DNA of 64,000 bases from Spizellomyces punctatus DAOM BR117 (lineage: Eukaryota): NCBI GenBank assembly GCA_000182565.2, contig KQ257457.1. One strand, written 5' to 3'. The notes beneath the pieces were generated by a model that did no database searches, was not told the origin of the DNA, and was given only the letters and a program-made list of their open reading frames with translations. A program made the translations under genes and the position numbers. This document shows positions 13,430 to 27,100 of the stretch, piece by piece (positions within the stretch are counted from its first letter, which is position 1; each line of letters starts with the position of its first letter).

Positions 13430-15172
13430 CTATCCTATATTTAACTCTTCCAAAGCCATTCTAACAATATCTTCATCGGGAAACCACTCCTCTGCTTCTT
13501 CATCACCCACATCGTTCCACTCATCCTGAGCATGAAATCCTCCGGTAACATCATCAAACAAAGCCCGAAAACACGTCGACTTCACATCATTAAAATGGGC
13601 ATACGGCCGCTGGCGGTCCAAGTGGATGCCACAAAGGTAGCAGAAGTGAGTATGGCATACTCGACAGGTCATATGGTTGCAGCCCTCATTCTTTTGCACC
13701 GCGGCTGTGCACGTCTATGAAGTTGCAACGTGTTAGGAATTTTAAAAGAAACAGATCGATTATGACAACATACCGGACACTGCTGTGAGTTTTCTTCTTT
13801 CCATTTTCTGGTTTCACGCTCTTCCTCCCATTCCCTTGCCAATTTTTCCAAAGTCTTCCTTCCGTACCTAACCTCCAAGCCCCTTGTCCGTGACACATCT
13901 TCAGAAGCCCTAGCCTCAATGTAATCCACAACTATCTGCTCCATGTTGTTCAGTCGACAGTATTCAGCGGCACCATGCCAGCATTTTTGACAGTAGAAGC
14001 AGAATGCAAAGTTACAGATAGGGCAGATACACAGCTTTTCTTGCTTCGGATCGCGTACCACTGGTGACTGGCAGGCAGGCCGTGGACAGTAAGTGATATC
14101 CGTACGCAAGGAAAGCGAGTGTGCTTCTAGGAGGTTGGCATAACGATCTAAAAGGGTGCTAGGAAGTAGCGCTGCCAGGTCTTCCATACGAATCTGACCA
14201 TTGGCATCGATCGGCGTTGCACCAGACTCTTCATTCAATGTTGATCGTTTGCTTTGTTTACTACATCGAGAATCTGGACATCGTACCAACAACACTGATC
14301 CTTCGGTTATAAGGGCGGTGAAGTAATTGGTAACACATTCCCGACAAAAGATGTGCTTGCAAGCGGTTAGCCGAAAGCACTGGCTTCCAGGCTTAGTCTC
14401 CAAACATACACCGCAGTGGAACGAGCAATTTTCAAACGCTTCTTGAATCATTCGGCGATCGTAGTCCATAATCCAATCTACCAATTCTCGGACCTCCGTT
14501 TCAGCTCGATCTGGTACGTTAATAGATAATCTAGTTCTGCTGCCCCTCGCCGTGGCGTGAGTGTCAACTTGCAGTTGTTCCATCCCTTTTTGCAATAGAA
14601 GCTCCGCAAAGTTGTACAAGCACACATCCTTCTCCTGTTCCCAAATCTGAAGCAGTTCGCTTTCGAGCCCCGCAAGTTGCTGCGGTAGCAGCCATTGACA
14701 TACGAGTGCAAATTGCGGCGGACTTTGGGATGGGTATGTGGCCGGTAAGCTGAAGTGTATGATTATCGGAGGGAGGAAGCGAACGACCACATTGTGGCGA
14801 AGTGAACAAGATTGTGGTTGTGCAGGTACGGCATCATTCCGCCGCACACCTTCAGTTTCTTCAGAGGGGAGTTGAGTGATGACAACTTCTACTTCGTCAC
14901 CCAAATCCAATCGTATGGACAAGCTCCCGTAGATATTTCCGGTATGCGAGTGCTCGAAAGTGAAGTCCTTATCATAGATCGCCTTATGACGGAAGAAATT
15001 GAAAGCTGTTAGGAACTCATGGGCCATTATCGTGGATACGAATTGGTATTCTCGCTTCCTAACTCACCTTCAAAGCCACCACTTCATTCTCTTGTCTCTC
15101 CTTGTTCTCTTCACGCTCTTCTTCCGGTAGGTGAGCAGCCAGATCTCCTGACATTGCTGCGGGAGTCCTCAT
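13430..15172 (-). CDS. RWD-domain RBR E3 ubiquitin ligase (RNF14/Itt1-like)
   Basis: RWD (ERQENEVVALK...LPATYPSQSPP), RING1 CGVC...CKHIFCREC, IBR CPRPAC...CFYCQKCWH, RING2 EGCNHMTC...FCYLC. Confidence 0.88.
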
Positions 15173-15269
15173 TTGCCGTGAGTCGCTTCTTCCTTTACAA
15201 ATCGACTAAGCTGATGAGGTAAGCGTCCCACTGTAGTCAGCGCACGATGGAATCAGTCCAGCCGCAAAG

Positions 15270-16214
15270 ATGCCTTCTTTTGCAGCAGCCAGGGCCTATA
15301 ATGCTACTGTCAACCTCGCTAACAAACGGTTCCTCGTTGTAGGTGGAACATCTGGAATCGGACAGGCAACCGCCTTAAAATTGGCATCTTTGCACGCTTC
15401 GATTTCCGTTGCAGGAAGAAATGCTACCGCGGGCTCTACACTTGTTGCCCAACTTTCCGATCTTAATCCCAAAGGCCATCATGAATTCCTGCCTATTGAC
15501 ATGACTCTCATGAAGGATATTCGTCGGTTTGCCGCTGCGTATCGAAACACGTATACTGAGTTGAATGGACTTGTCATCTCGGCTGGCTTTATGACCATGA
15601 AGGGACGAACTGAGACCGTAGAAGGAATTGATCAAAAGATGGCCGTACACTATTATGGAAGGGCGCTACTGATCAAAGAGCTGTTGCCGCTGTTGGAGGC
15701 AGCATCAGAAAAAGGCGAAGATAGCCGGGTTCTATCAATTTTCGCGGCTGGACTGGGAGGGCCAATCCATTTCGAAGACTTGGATCTCAAGACGACGTAC
15801 AACTTGAAAACTACCGCAGAAGCCACCTCTGGATATAACGATCTTTTGGTTAATGTAAGAATCTTGCTGTGCACATGGCTGACGCGTTCATGAGTTGACG
15901 TAGGCGGTTTCCAGGAGCTTTCCATCCGACATCCGTCTATCAGCTTCATGCACATTGCACCGGGCGTTATAGAAACACCTCTCACGAAGAATCTCCCGCT
16001 TTATCTACGAGTACCCGCGAAGATCCTCGCAAAACTTATGGCCAATTCACCAGACGAATGTGCAGAAATCATGACATATGTACTGACAAGTGACCAGTAC
16101 AAAAGAGGTTGGTGGTTACTGAGCGACAAAGGTGAACCATTGAAGCCTCAAAAGTACCATACTGACGAGGCAAGGGAAGCCGTGTGGAAACACACCAATT
16201 CGTTAATTGGGTAG
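15270..16214 (+). CDS. Short-chain dehydrogenase/reductase
   Basis: VVGGTSGIG Rossmann motif, HIAPGVIET; one intron near 15855-15915. Confidence 0.85.
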
Positions 16215-16494
16215 GGTACTTTAGACTTGGTGACGGCATCATTTGTTGAGATCCTGCACTTTTTGGAGGGCCCTTAAAGAGTTGGGACATTCTCACAGAG
16301 GGAACGACCTTAGTAACCATCAGCCTTACGAACATCACTCTATGTACTAAAGTAGTAGCACCATGTTATGTTTCATATTGTGTACAGAAGCCGGTAATAA
16401 GAAAATTATGTACAGAATTAGTATCGCCAATGTCCCTTTTCGCAGCAACCATGGCCCAGCCATCTCCGCCTTTGAAGCCTATTGGGTTTCGACA

Positions 16495-17067
16495 CTACAA
16501 ACTACCGCCAAACAAACTGCCTAACCTCCATATTTCCTTTTTTCCAGCTTTCTTTTTCTCTTTTCTGTATCCTTTCAATTGTTTTATCCATTCATCATGG
16601 GCATGGACGGAGACGGATGCTGAGAAACTCACAGACTTTTGTAAACGTCTGCAGGACGAAGGATTATCGTCGTCTGTTTCGGATGACGGCTTGGCGTCAC
16701 TGGCAGAGTATGTGTGGCGACGGAGGACGCGTGGGCGAGAGGGTTTTGCAGTTGAAACAGGCGTGGCCGATGTCTGAGGGAGAGAAGTCGCGAGGTCGTT
16801 CGGTGTGAGCATGGCCTCCAGGTAAAAGTCGTTGCCGCTTGTGAAGGGATCGTCAACAGATTCCGCGTCCGGTTCAGGTTCAGCTTTCAGGCTCTCGTCG
16901 TTGAACACCACGTCTGCCTCAAATGTGGCGGATCCTGGTATAGCGGCAGCAGTCAACATATCGCGTTGCTGCGGTTGGACGATGCCTTGTTTGGTGTTCT
17001 CCCCAGTATTTAAGATCTTTGCTTCCAGCAATGGGCTTTGACGTGTCGTGTCCAGAATGGAAGGCAT
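16495..17067 (-). CDS. Hypothetical low-complexity protein
   Basis: 190-aa ORF, convergent with the SDR gene; no recognisable domain. Confidence 0.45.
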   Translation of the reverse strand: MPSILDTTRQSPLLEAKILNTGENTKQGIVQPQQRDMLTAAAIPGSATFEADVVFNDESLKAEPEPDAESVDDPFTSGNDFYLEAMLTPNDLATSLPQTSATPVSTAKPSRPRVLRRHTYSASDAKPSSETDDDNPSSCRRLQKSVSFSASVSVHAHDEWIKQLKGYRKEKKKAGKKEIWRLGSLFGGSL

Positions 17068-18529
17068 TCTGGAGTTGAGTTCACGTTAAAGAACTTTCTA
17101 CCAGGGAGTCACCTAGTCGCAGACAGTATCGTCGTCCTCGTTAATCTGCGCTACGATATTTAGCAACCTTGGAAGCATTTTGCTTTGCAAAATGGACTAG
17201 TTGTTTGAAACATCACACACCCAGCCGGAAAATCACGCGGTGATCAAAACTCCCAACTTTTCATTTCAAGAATTGTGTTCCAGTATTTTCTGGATTTGGT
17301 TGACGGAATTTTTGTGATGGGTGATCGGAGTTGCGTTTTCCTTGAAGACCAAGTGCTGAGCGAGCAAAAGCTGAGCTGCTGCTGAACGGGGATATGGCGG
17401 TCGTCTTACTATTGTGGCTCTCTAACTGTGCCGACGGTTATGGATAGTAACATTGGCACGATGGGTCGATCTATATGCCGCTGGGCCATCTCCAAGTTCG
17501 TCGCACGAGTAGATTATAGGGGATGGAGGGTCCAGCGTTACCCTAAAGCGGCGTACTTGTATCGTCTGCTTGAGCACACTGAGGAAGTCATCTACCATTC
17601 ATGGGCAGAGAGCATAACGCATTCATTCGGTAAATAGCCTGGTATTTTTAAACACATGATGACGTCTTTACATCAAGGTCAGTCAAAACAAAGGAATGAT
17701 AAAGAAGGGGATGCTGCATTGGGGTGTGCCGATTCTGGCAGCAACAAGTCGTTTGACGGCCCTCGCCGTTATTATCATACTTTGTCCCTATTCTGTTACG
17801 GTATGGGATAAATATATGAACATTTCTAGTCTCCGATGAATATTTTACTTGCACCAGAAGGGATGCGCACATCCAACATAGTTGTCCTTGAATACAATTC
17901 AGAACAGTACCAGAAGCAAAAGACCGATGCTTAGAGTAGATTAGGGCATAAGTCAGGATGGAAGAAGCAAGCCCTCAAGGGCTGAGTTGCTTTTGGCAGT
18001 GCCTGGCATTGGAACGTTTACCAATGGAATTTAGGCAACTGCACAGATTGCATTCAGATCTGGCTGAGCTTTCACATGTTGTTCCGGCTGCAAAGCTCCG
18101 ATTCCGCTCCGTCGAGTTTGAACATTGCCAGATGAATAGAGTAAACTCGCTTGCAGGAGGGTACAAAGCCTTGGATAAACTCTTACTCGAATGTATTTAA
18201 GCAGAAGACAATGTACAGTTACAAGCGCACAATGGCTAGTTACGTCCAGGAACTTGTGAAGCCCGTCTGAAAGCACAAACCTGGTCCTATCCACATTTCC
18301 ACAGAATGTTGTTACTTGAGCAGTGAATGTGAGACAAGCTCTTGGGAAGAAGGACTACCGACCTCCATCGTAGACAAAGGAGAAAGAAAGTAAGCATCTC
18401 GAGATAGAAAAGTCAGCGAAGCATGGTGGCTGTGAAATCAATTTATATAAAATAGGCACTGTGGATAAGCAAGGCCTTTGTTGAAAGCGATTCATTTCTT
18501 GTTGCAAGCACAATCTTGAGCTCTCAGAC

Positions 18530-19216
18530 GTGATGACAAATAACACCATCTACATTCTATCGGCCTGTCTCCTCGTGCCGGCCACAGGAGTCCTTTACTT
18601 GGTCCACCTGCACAAGAAATTGTCCAAAAAGGTCACCCGAAAATATCTTCATGTCGGCGAGTATGACCTCACACTTGGACGGCCCGTCAACTTCCCGGAC
18701 GCAGGCACCGAGCCCGGTACCAAGGTTTTCACAGATTGCTTCGAAGCTAAAGTACCAACAAAGAGCTTGCCTCCTCTCGGTTACAAGGACTTGCACACCA
18801 AGTTCCTTCGATATAATATGGCAAGATTCTCGCGTATGCTGCAAGGTTATCTCCTGCGGCTTGTGAATCGTGACAAGGCAGATACAGAGGGATACCATTA
18901 TGATTCTATTCTGAATTTGGATTTTAAAGTCGGGGATCTAGTCATGGGAACTTACCGTGTCACTCGCAGGGACGATGCAACTGGGCTGGTGGAGCTGGGC
19001 TTTGAGCAGGACAAACACGTTGCGGGTGTTATGGTATTTCGCATCGAACGAGACGACGAGTTCACAAGCTTCTCGACTCAGACAGTTATGTGGGATCCTA
19101 CCGATTATTCAGTAGCCCGACTGCCGCTTTCGAAGCCACTTGTACGATATTGGCATGAGGTGACCGCCATGTGGCTTATTGACACTGGAATAAAGCACCT
19201 GCAAAATAGAGACTAA
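18530..19216 (+). CDS. Hypothetical protein with N-terminal membrane anchor
   Basis: 228-aa uninterrupted ORF with a hydrophobic N-terminus (YILSACLLVPATGVLYLV) and a globular-looking remainder. Confidence 0.65.
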   Translation: MMTNNTIYILSACLLVPATGVLYLVHLHKKLSKKVTRKYLHVGEYDLTLGRPVNFPDAGTEPGTKVFTDCFEAKVPTKSLPPLGYKDLHTKFLRYNMARFSRMLQGYLLRLVNRDKADTEGYHYDSILNLDFKVGDLVMGTYRVTRRDDATGLVELGFEQDKHVAGVMVFRIERDDEFTSFSTQTVMWDPTDYSVARLPLSKPLVRYWHEVTAMWLIDTGIKHLQNRD

Positions 19217-19616
19217 AGGAATATAGGCAATGAACGCTAGTCTGTTTTGGATCAATGGCATCTGTTAGCAGTTCAAAGGGTTATTTTTCCCGTCGCCTAT
19301 CTAGAATGGACAGAAGGTTATTTAAACTGCAGTCTTCCAGCCAACGTGCCCACCGTTTCAAACCGCTATAATCAGACTCTGCGGAAACCGGGGTCTGACG
19401 TTGACTTTCATGCATTAATTAAATTAAGTTTCTTATGATATTCAAAGAGGTGCGGTTTAGATCAAATAATGAGCATCTATTGCTGTTGTAGTAATGTGAA
19501 CAATGAGTTTCCCTAACGGCTAATACAGGAACTAGCATTGCAAGAAATATTAGATTTTAAACTGCCTCATTTCCATATTACTGGACAGCTGCACATACAA
19601 TGTTGATCAGGTTGAT

Positions 19617-21249
19617 TCATACTTCCGTAGTGGCTCCGTGTTCAGACGTTCGTGGTATCGATTTCGTCCCAGCCTGTGATTTGCTTCCACTCATGCTGTG
19701 AGCTGTACCACTTCTTCCTGTGGTTCCAGTTCCCGTAGTCGTGCCACTTTCAGTTGATTTGTTGATGCTATAGAAAGGGAATGTGGTGAATTTATAACTC
19801 GTTTGTACTGCATTCTTCCGATGACGCACCTGTAGGTCATGTACAGATACAGTGGGGCCAGGCTGAGAGGGGCGGACAGCAACCAAAAGAAGGCTATAAG
19901 GATTGATACTCCTAGGATAGTCTGAATGCGTTCCCGGAATATCCCGTAGAAAAATAGAACGGCTGCAAATCCGGATGTGAGGAATACAATAACGGACAGA
20001 GTGATGATCAGCTGTTTTGAAATGGCACATGTGAGTATGATAGGGAGATGAAGGTGTGGATCATGATGATATAGCACACGAGCAGTACCGTGGTGATCGC
20101 CCTTTTGAACGCCTCATTTCTGCCTTCAGTTAACTTCATGGCCTGCGCGGCTCTGAGGATCCTCACAAGCTGCAGCCCGTAAATAGCTGCCAAAGCGCAT
20201 AATGCGACGTCATGCACCGCCCAGGCGAGATAGTGGATCATATTGTAGACTTGGGCTTGCTCAAAATTGCCTGCGTCTCTAGCCTGTCCGTCAAGAATCG
20301 CGAAAAGATGGTGCAGAACCAATGGCGAAATGATATATATGTAGGTCAAAGTGTTGATTGTCCGCGGGGAGGGCAGCGAGATTTCCACTATTTGAGTAAT
20401 GTTTGCTGATGCACCCTTGCTATCTGTAATATTACGGGGCGTAGCGTGGATCCTTGAAAGTGCCGTGTCAGATTGTGTTGCAACTAGTACAAGACAACAT
20501 TCAGCCAGTCGATAAACTTACAGCCCCATCGTCAGCAGGACACCTCCGATATAGATTGCACACCATGGCCATTCATGCTATGTTATAAACCATGATAAAA
20601 CCGGATCAGTACCTAGGCAGACGCAATGCCTGAACGCTCATTTTAGACGTCTTGTACTTACGAAAAGCTCGGTAACAATGCTGTTTTTGAATCCACCCGA
20701 AAGCACGACAATGCCGTACAATCCTCTGCCTATTGCCAGGGAAATGAAATAGGTTAAATTCGTTGAACTCGTTTGCAGGCCAAGGTTGTTCCATCCGCCA
20801 ACTAACCGAAGAGGAATATAGTGGACCCAATGACCCAGGCTTCGGTAGCCTTAGGTCTCAAAATACCCTCATTGAACTCGATAACCGAGAGCTTTTTTTT
20901 CCAAAGATTTTGATATACTTTTTTGTAGCACACATAAAGACCGATCACTTATAAGGGATAAGTACATAACATCAGTTTGAGCACTGGGATTCGAATTTGG
21001 GCGAAATAACGGAACGTTGAAATACTTACAAAAGGAGACGAAACTAACAACGATATACGTAATATAGAACCCAACCCAAATCGAGCTGTTCTCACAATCA
21101 TAGATGCGAACTGATATTGGAAAAGGAAGAATGCAAAAAGAGCGTCAGAATATCTTTGATGTGAACCTGATACCCGATGCTTTACTTACATCTCCAATCG
21201 CACCACTCGGCACTATAGAACTGGTGCCAAGATATGGATGAGTTATCAT
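19617..21249 (-). CDS. Multi-pass membrane protein, possibly 7TM/GPCR-like (multi-exon)
   Basis: Several hydrophobic exons (SIWVGFYITYIVVSFVSF; YLAWAVHDVALCALAAIYG; VIVFLTSGFAAVLFFYG; SILIAFFWLLSAPL) and an S/T/G-rich tail; exon structure not fully resolved. Confidence 0.55.
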
Positions 21250-22092
21250 TGCCCGAAATGCTGCGCCGAAATATGAATGATCGAGCATACCAGGTCCCAC
21301 CTCACCAACGACGAAGTCATTTTTGCAACTTTGAGTGGAGTTAAAATAGAGCTAGTTCTTCACGATGTGATGGATTGGGGAAAAAGGTAGTTATGTATTT
21401 AAAGGGTGGATTGCAGGGTCGGGTAAAAAAGTAAATCTTGAGGTGAAATTCACCCGGATAAGCTTAAGCTTGTTATTGTGTATGATTCCGTTAACAACTT
21501 GGCGTATTTGGTCAATATTCAATGGATGTCAACAATGCGCTGGGGAACCCTCATCTTGTGTCCAAAAATTAGTAATTTGAATGAACATTTAAGGGTGCAC
21601 ACATCAGGCTGTTTGAATGTTTGTTGATGCAGGTATGGTACAGAAGATGGTAACCAAGCAAAAAAGTTGAAAGTACCTCAAGTTAGCTCCATATGGCAGG
21701 CATCGAGAACATGCCGCTTTGGTGTTCCAGAAATACAGAATCAGGTAAATAAATGTTATCCAGAGTGTCACAGGTTAATGCAGACGACAGAAAATAGTAA
21801 AATGTCCACAAGTTAATGCGAAAACCTATTCAGTTAAGTCCGCGGGTGCCAGTCAACTTGGTCATCGAAGCAGGGACAAACCCCGATTCTTTACAGACAA
21901 TATTTGACGAACCCACATGTTGAAGTTCCGCATACTCCCCCGGGATAACCCCCGAGGAGGAAACGGCTTGTAGAGCTCTCCAAGATGAGCGCATCCGTCC
22001 TGCGTGTTTCTGTTGAGCAGAATGAACATACTTGGTAATGATTGACGTTGGGTACTAAACTGATAGCGAGACCTGGCGAAGAGATTACAATG

Positions 22093-22350
22093 GACCACAA
22101 CAGCCCCTCGTTTGTTCATTAAAACTGAGTAGCATGGTTGCTCACATGAATTGGTACAATTTCATATCACAGCACACTATTCATAAACGAGATTGGCGCT
22201 GCAGACATGTGCGGAGTAACAGACCACAGCAGGCCATCGTTTGTTCATCAAAACCTGAGTAGCATGCTTGCTCACAAGAATTAGTTCAATTTGAAATCAC
22301 ATCACACTATTCATAAAAGAGATTGGCGCTCCAGCCATGCGCGGAGTAAC
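22093..22350. repeat. Two-copy tandem duplication, ~129-bp unit, intergenic
   Basis: 22093-22220 and 22222-22350 align throughout (gaccac...cgtttgttcat...gagtagcatg...cacactattcataa..gagattggcgct...gcggagtaac) with scattered substitutions. Confidence 0.9.
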
Positions 22351-22480
22351 CTTTCCATTTGTCATCAGAAGACCCGCGTTCCAACATAAAATGGGACATG
22401 TTCCATTGCTTTCTCCTACGTGAATTCGTCTTGTTCTCACCCACCTCAACTCACCTTCTGCATCAACGCACTCTCAGAAA

Positions 22481-23638
22481 ATGTCGAACATCCTTGTCAT
22501 TGGGTAACAATCTCATGTGCGTTAGGATCATCCCATGGTCAAGTTCTAATAACTTGCAGAGCTACTGGTTTCATTGGTCTCCCAGTAGCGTTGGCATTGC
22601 GGCGCTCTGGCTACCATGTATACGGTCTGACAAGGTCATCCGAAAAGGCGCGCCTGCTGGCCAGGAGTGAGATACTGCCGGTCATAGGCGAGGTCAAGGA
22701 TCTCTCCAAAATTGTGCCGCCCAATATTGAAGTAATCATTGACGTCAGCGCTGCATATTACGATGTTGCGACAATCTTGGAGGAGGTCAAGACAATTGGT
22801 TCTGGAAGGAAAGCGACTGACCCAAAGTTGAGCTTTATCTATACTAGTGGAACTTGGGTGAGTTCTGCGACCTGGTGCAATTGCAAAGAAGAATATTGTA
22901 CCTCTCCGCTCAGGAGAAGATGGTATCATTCAGCGCTGGTCACCACGACTCACGAACGCGTTATCTGTAGAATTATGGTACCAGTTCCGAGTATTTCAGC
23001 GAATCTACCCCACTTGGTCGTGTCGCTCCGCCCCCCGACATGATCGCTTGGCGTCCAGATTTTGAAAGAAAGATATTGGAAAGCCGCGATATACTCGACG
23101 TTGCTATTGTCCGTCCATCGATGCTGTATGGCGGGAATGGTAGCATCTGGTCCGTATTCTTTGATCCAATTATCCGCGCCAAGAAGGCGGGCAGTAATAT
23201 TGCCACGGTTCTTGGTGCGGCTGACTTGAAAGTCACCTCGATCCACAAGGACGATTTGGCAGATTTATATGTCAAAATTGTTGAAAAGGTTTATTATTCC
23301 GGAAGCCAGTTTTAACTTTTATTGCAAATACTAAAGGCTATTTCATTCATGCAATATTACAGTTGCCGTTCGTAGCTGCAACAACCTATCCAGTTATCAA
23401 TGGCATTGCAACGAAGGAATCTCTCGGCAACATTCTGTCGGCCTTTGCCAAAGAAGTTGGGTTCAGCGGGACCTTTGAATTTAAGCAACCAGAAGATGTC
23501 CTGCAAAAGGCAATTGTGACCACGTCAAACGCCAGCAACGATAAAGCGAAGGCTCTTTTGGGATGGTATCCAAAGCAAGAAGGGGTCGAGCAAGGGATGA
23601 AAAGTTGGGCGGCTGCGTATTTAGCTTGGGCAGACTAG
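22481..23638 (+). CDS. NAD(P)-dependent epimerase/dehydratase-family protein
   Basis: Spliced N-terminus MSNILVIG/ATGFIG, FIYTSGTWV, IVRPSMLYGG, IHKDDLADLY, KAKALLGW. Confidence 0.85.
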
Positions 23639-24104
23639 GCTTACTAGGACTATTGTGATAACTGTCGGGGTTCATGGGGTATATACGTAACATCCATCCA
23701 TATACATGTCTTAACTTTTCTCTCATACGCATGCTACATTGATAACCTGGTGGATTTGCCTGGGTTAGCATGGTGAGCTAAGGGATCCAGACCAGGTGTC
23801 GTGATAAACTCTGACGATAGGACATTTGTTCGTCTAGATAAAGCGTTTGCTGTAGTCGCCACAAAAGACTGCATTTCAAAGCTGTCCAGGTCTCAGTCCA
23901 CCAAAGAGAGTGCCCGGGAACTCTTTGTAGGACGTGGGCTGGGGATGACTTTTAGAGAATTGCCATTTCTTTTACTCTGCTTCCTCTGGAGTACCACTGT
24001 ACAGCTCGTCAAGTAAGCGATTATATAAGCGACGCGCATATGTCTCTACCATCCTGCTTTTGCAGACGTTCATTTGCTCAACGAAACGATAGCAGCTATT
24101 CAAA

Positions 24105-27100
24105 ATGCTTAGCGTGGAAGATAACCAACATGCGCACTCGCTACCGCCTTTTGCCAATGCTCAGAATAAGGCGTTGAGTAATGATGTAAGTCTATGAAAT
24201 TCTTACACTTTGAGACGCAGAAAGGACCAACTGGACAGAAACTTTCCTAGATCCGAAATTTGGAAAGCAGATTAAGCTCATTACTCGCAAGTCTTGATGA
24301 CAATGTATCCAGAACAGATACAATGTCCGCTCACATGAAGAATGTGCAGCAAGAGCTAGCGCACACGCAGGTATAACAGCATCCATGCTAGGATATGCCA
24401 CGAAACACTAATACTAACGCCGAGATCAGGCATTGGCTGATGCAAAAAGTCGACAGATTGATACAGAGGATCACTTCAAACAACTTGCAGAGCGGGAGGC
24501 TGGGCGACTAGCAATAGAAATCCGGCAATTGGATAAAGAGATTGCGCAAATTACCGACTACGTAAGGTTTGCCCGATGACTGTTTCTCCTTACCTTAACC
24601 TTACCTGTCTTCTTCTACACTCATAACAAAGCTCAATGGAATCCAAAACAATATATACCGTGGAAATGAGCGAATCGAAAGCATTCGCAGCGAGCTAAAG
24701 CTAGAAAAGGACGAGTTGGACGAATGGTTGCGAGTTCAGGCCGAGAAAGAAGAGGACAACATTGCTCTATTGAAGTATACAAAAGAGGATGATATGAAAG
24801 TCAAGGAACTGAGCTTGGGAATCGAGAAGATGATGCACGAAGTTAACAAGAAAAAAGCCATTTTAAGCGCAGAGGTGATGTCCTGTGCAGACTAGAGTTA
24901 CGTTTTCAAAAATTCTCAAGCCCAGCTCTTTTCATCCAGGTCACCGAAACACAGGTTGCCCAGATCGAGCTAGACAAAACAACAGAAGCGTTCAAAAAGC
25001 TTCATCAGGAGCGGCAGGAACTAATACAGCAGTGGGAGAGCGCGATCGAAAACATGCACAAAAGAGACCAAGACATTATAAATGCACAAAATGATTATCA
25101 GGCTCTTAAGGTACATCGAGATTTGAATAGGCATCAGAAGAGGTTGGTTTCTGGTTAAACTAATCTGTGAACTAATAGCTGCGAACCCAATCACATAGGA
25201 TGAAATACGGAACAAGCAGAAAATAATTGACGAAAAACAGGCGTTCCTGGATCAGCAGCATCAAAATAACGCTGAAACCGAAAAAAGGATTGGCCTTACC
25301 GAGCGGCAAGTCAGCAAGTCAAGGTACGTGATGCTTGAGCCTAGTGTAAACATTTTGGACCTAACCTGTGTGTTCTCGTGCAGGTTGGAACAGCATCAGG
25401 CAAAGGCAAGCCTGGTGCAATTCCAGGATGAAGTAGACGTCCTTCGCAATACATTAAATAAAAGTAAATTGGCTAGCCGTTCTGTAATGATAAATGACAT
25501 GATTCCTAATATGCCGCTCTTCAACCACAGCTGCAACGGATCTGGTCAACAGGCGAGGGGAGATTGTGAATCTCAAAGGAGATTTACAGGAGAGGCGCGC
25601 AAAGTTAGAAAACGAAAAGCAGAACCGTGAGGATATGAAAGCGAAGCTTGTCATGGTCACTGACAAGACAATGTCACTGGAGGCGAAGGCACAGGAGGTA
25701 TGTTTCCCTGTTTTTGATTTCTGCGCTAGTTGCCAGCTTGACGCCCTGTTCTGCATGTAGCTTCAAGAGATACTGAAGCAAGAGGAGCTCCGAAGCAAAG
25801 AACTTGATCGGGAGCTTAAAATGTTGCGGGAATCACGTAAGACGACGTCGTAAGGTTTGGATAGTTTGCGTTGGAACAAGTGTGTTCACTATGTTCCCTG
25901 TCGCAGAATTCAAACGGAACCAAGAAGTATTCCGGCTGAAGCAAGAGGAAAAAAATCTCAGCGCAGAAATTGCTGGCGGAGAAGCTGCCTTACGCAACTT
26001 GAAGAGTAAAATCCACAGCCTTGATCAGGAAGCCTTGAAGCAACAAGCCCTTCTGTATGCACAGGAATTCCAAATTCAGCAGTTGGAGCGAAAGTTGAGG
26101 CGCGCTCAGGGGGAGCGAACAGACGAGGAAAAAGAAGTTCTTATGAAACGCATCGACGACCTTAACCAACAATTGGGGGCTGCTACACTGAAGTGGAATT
26201 TATTGAACGCCCAGTTAAAGAAGTCGCAAGATGACGTGCGGTGAGTAATAAAGCCTTCTTTTCTTGCTCTCTGATCGCTCATTCAAAGTGCTCTCTTGTA
26301 CCAGGGCCTCGCAAAGGAACCTTGAGACATTAGAGAAAGAGAAAATGAATGTGAAAGAAAACATCGATGAGCTCAACCTGTATAATGAAAGCGCCGTAAG
26401 CACAATATTTACGTACGAAAGAATCCCTGGAATGCGTCAACCTAATCATTATCAAAGTCAAAGCAGCTAGCGGGTAAAATTCGCGAAAAAGAGGATTTAA
26501 TGGTTGAGGAAAACATCCTTCGGCTGGAGCTTCGAAAGCTTCGTGGGTTTTTGAACGCACGTGCCGATCAAGTCTTTACCCTGGGAACTCGTCAAGTACA
26601 TCTCCAGCTGGCACTGGAGGAGCGCACAAAGGAAATCTCCATTCACAAAGATATGCTGAAACTGGCGCTAAAGAATGCCGAGGAAGAAAGACATTCAGCT
26701 GCTGCAGAGCTTCGTGACAGAGTCTCAAAGGTGGAGAAACTTAAAAGGCGGTATGAGATCGTGATGACCCACTTTGGGTCGAGCGAAGACGGAGACGGGG
26801 AAGAAGAGCACTCCCAGGCGTACTATGTCATCAAAGCAGCGCAACATCGGGAGGAACTACAACGGGAGGGTGACGAGCTAGATGCTAGAATCAGAAAAGC
26901 GGAAAAGGAAATCAAAGCGCTTGAGAATACCCTCAAAATGATGAATGACCGGAATGAAGAGTATAGAATGAAGTACGTCTGGAAGTGGATTTTGGCAAGG
27001 CCTGCGAAGAGCACTAAGATGGGCTTTAAGTTTATACAAAGCAGAACAGAACAGCAAAGATATCCAGCACCGCGAGATGTTAGAGCAGGTAAAATGGGGA

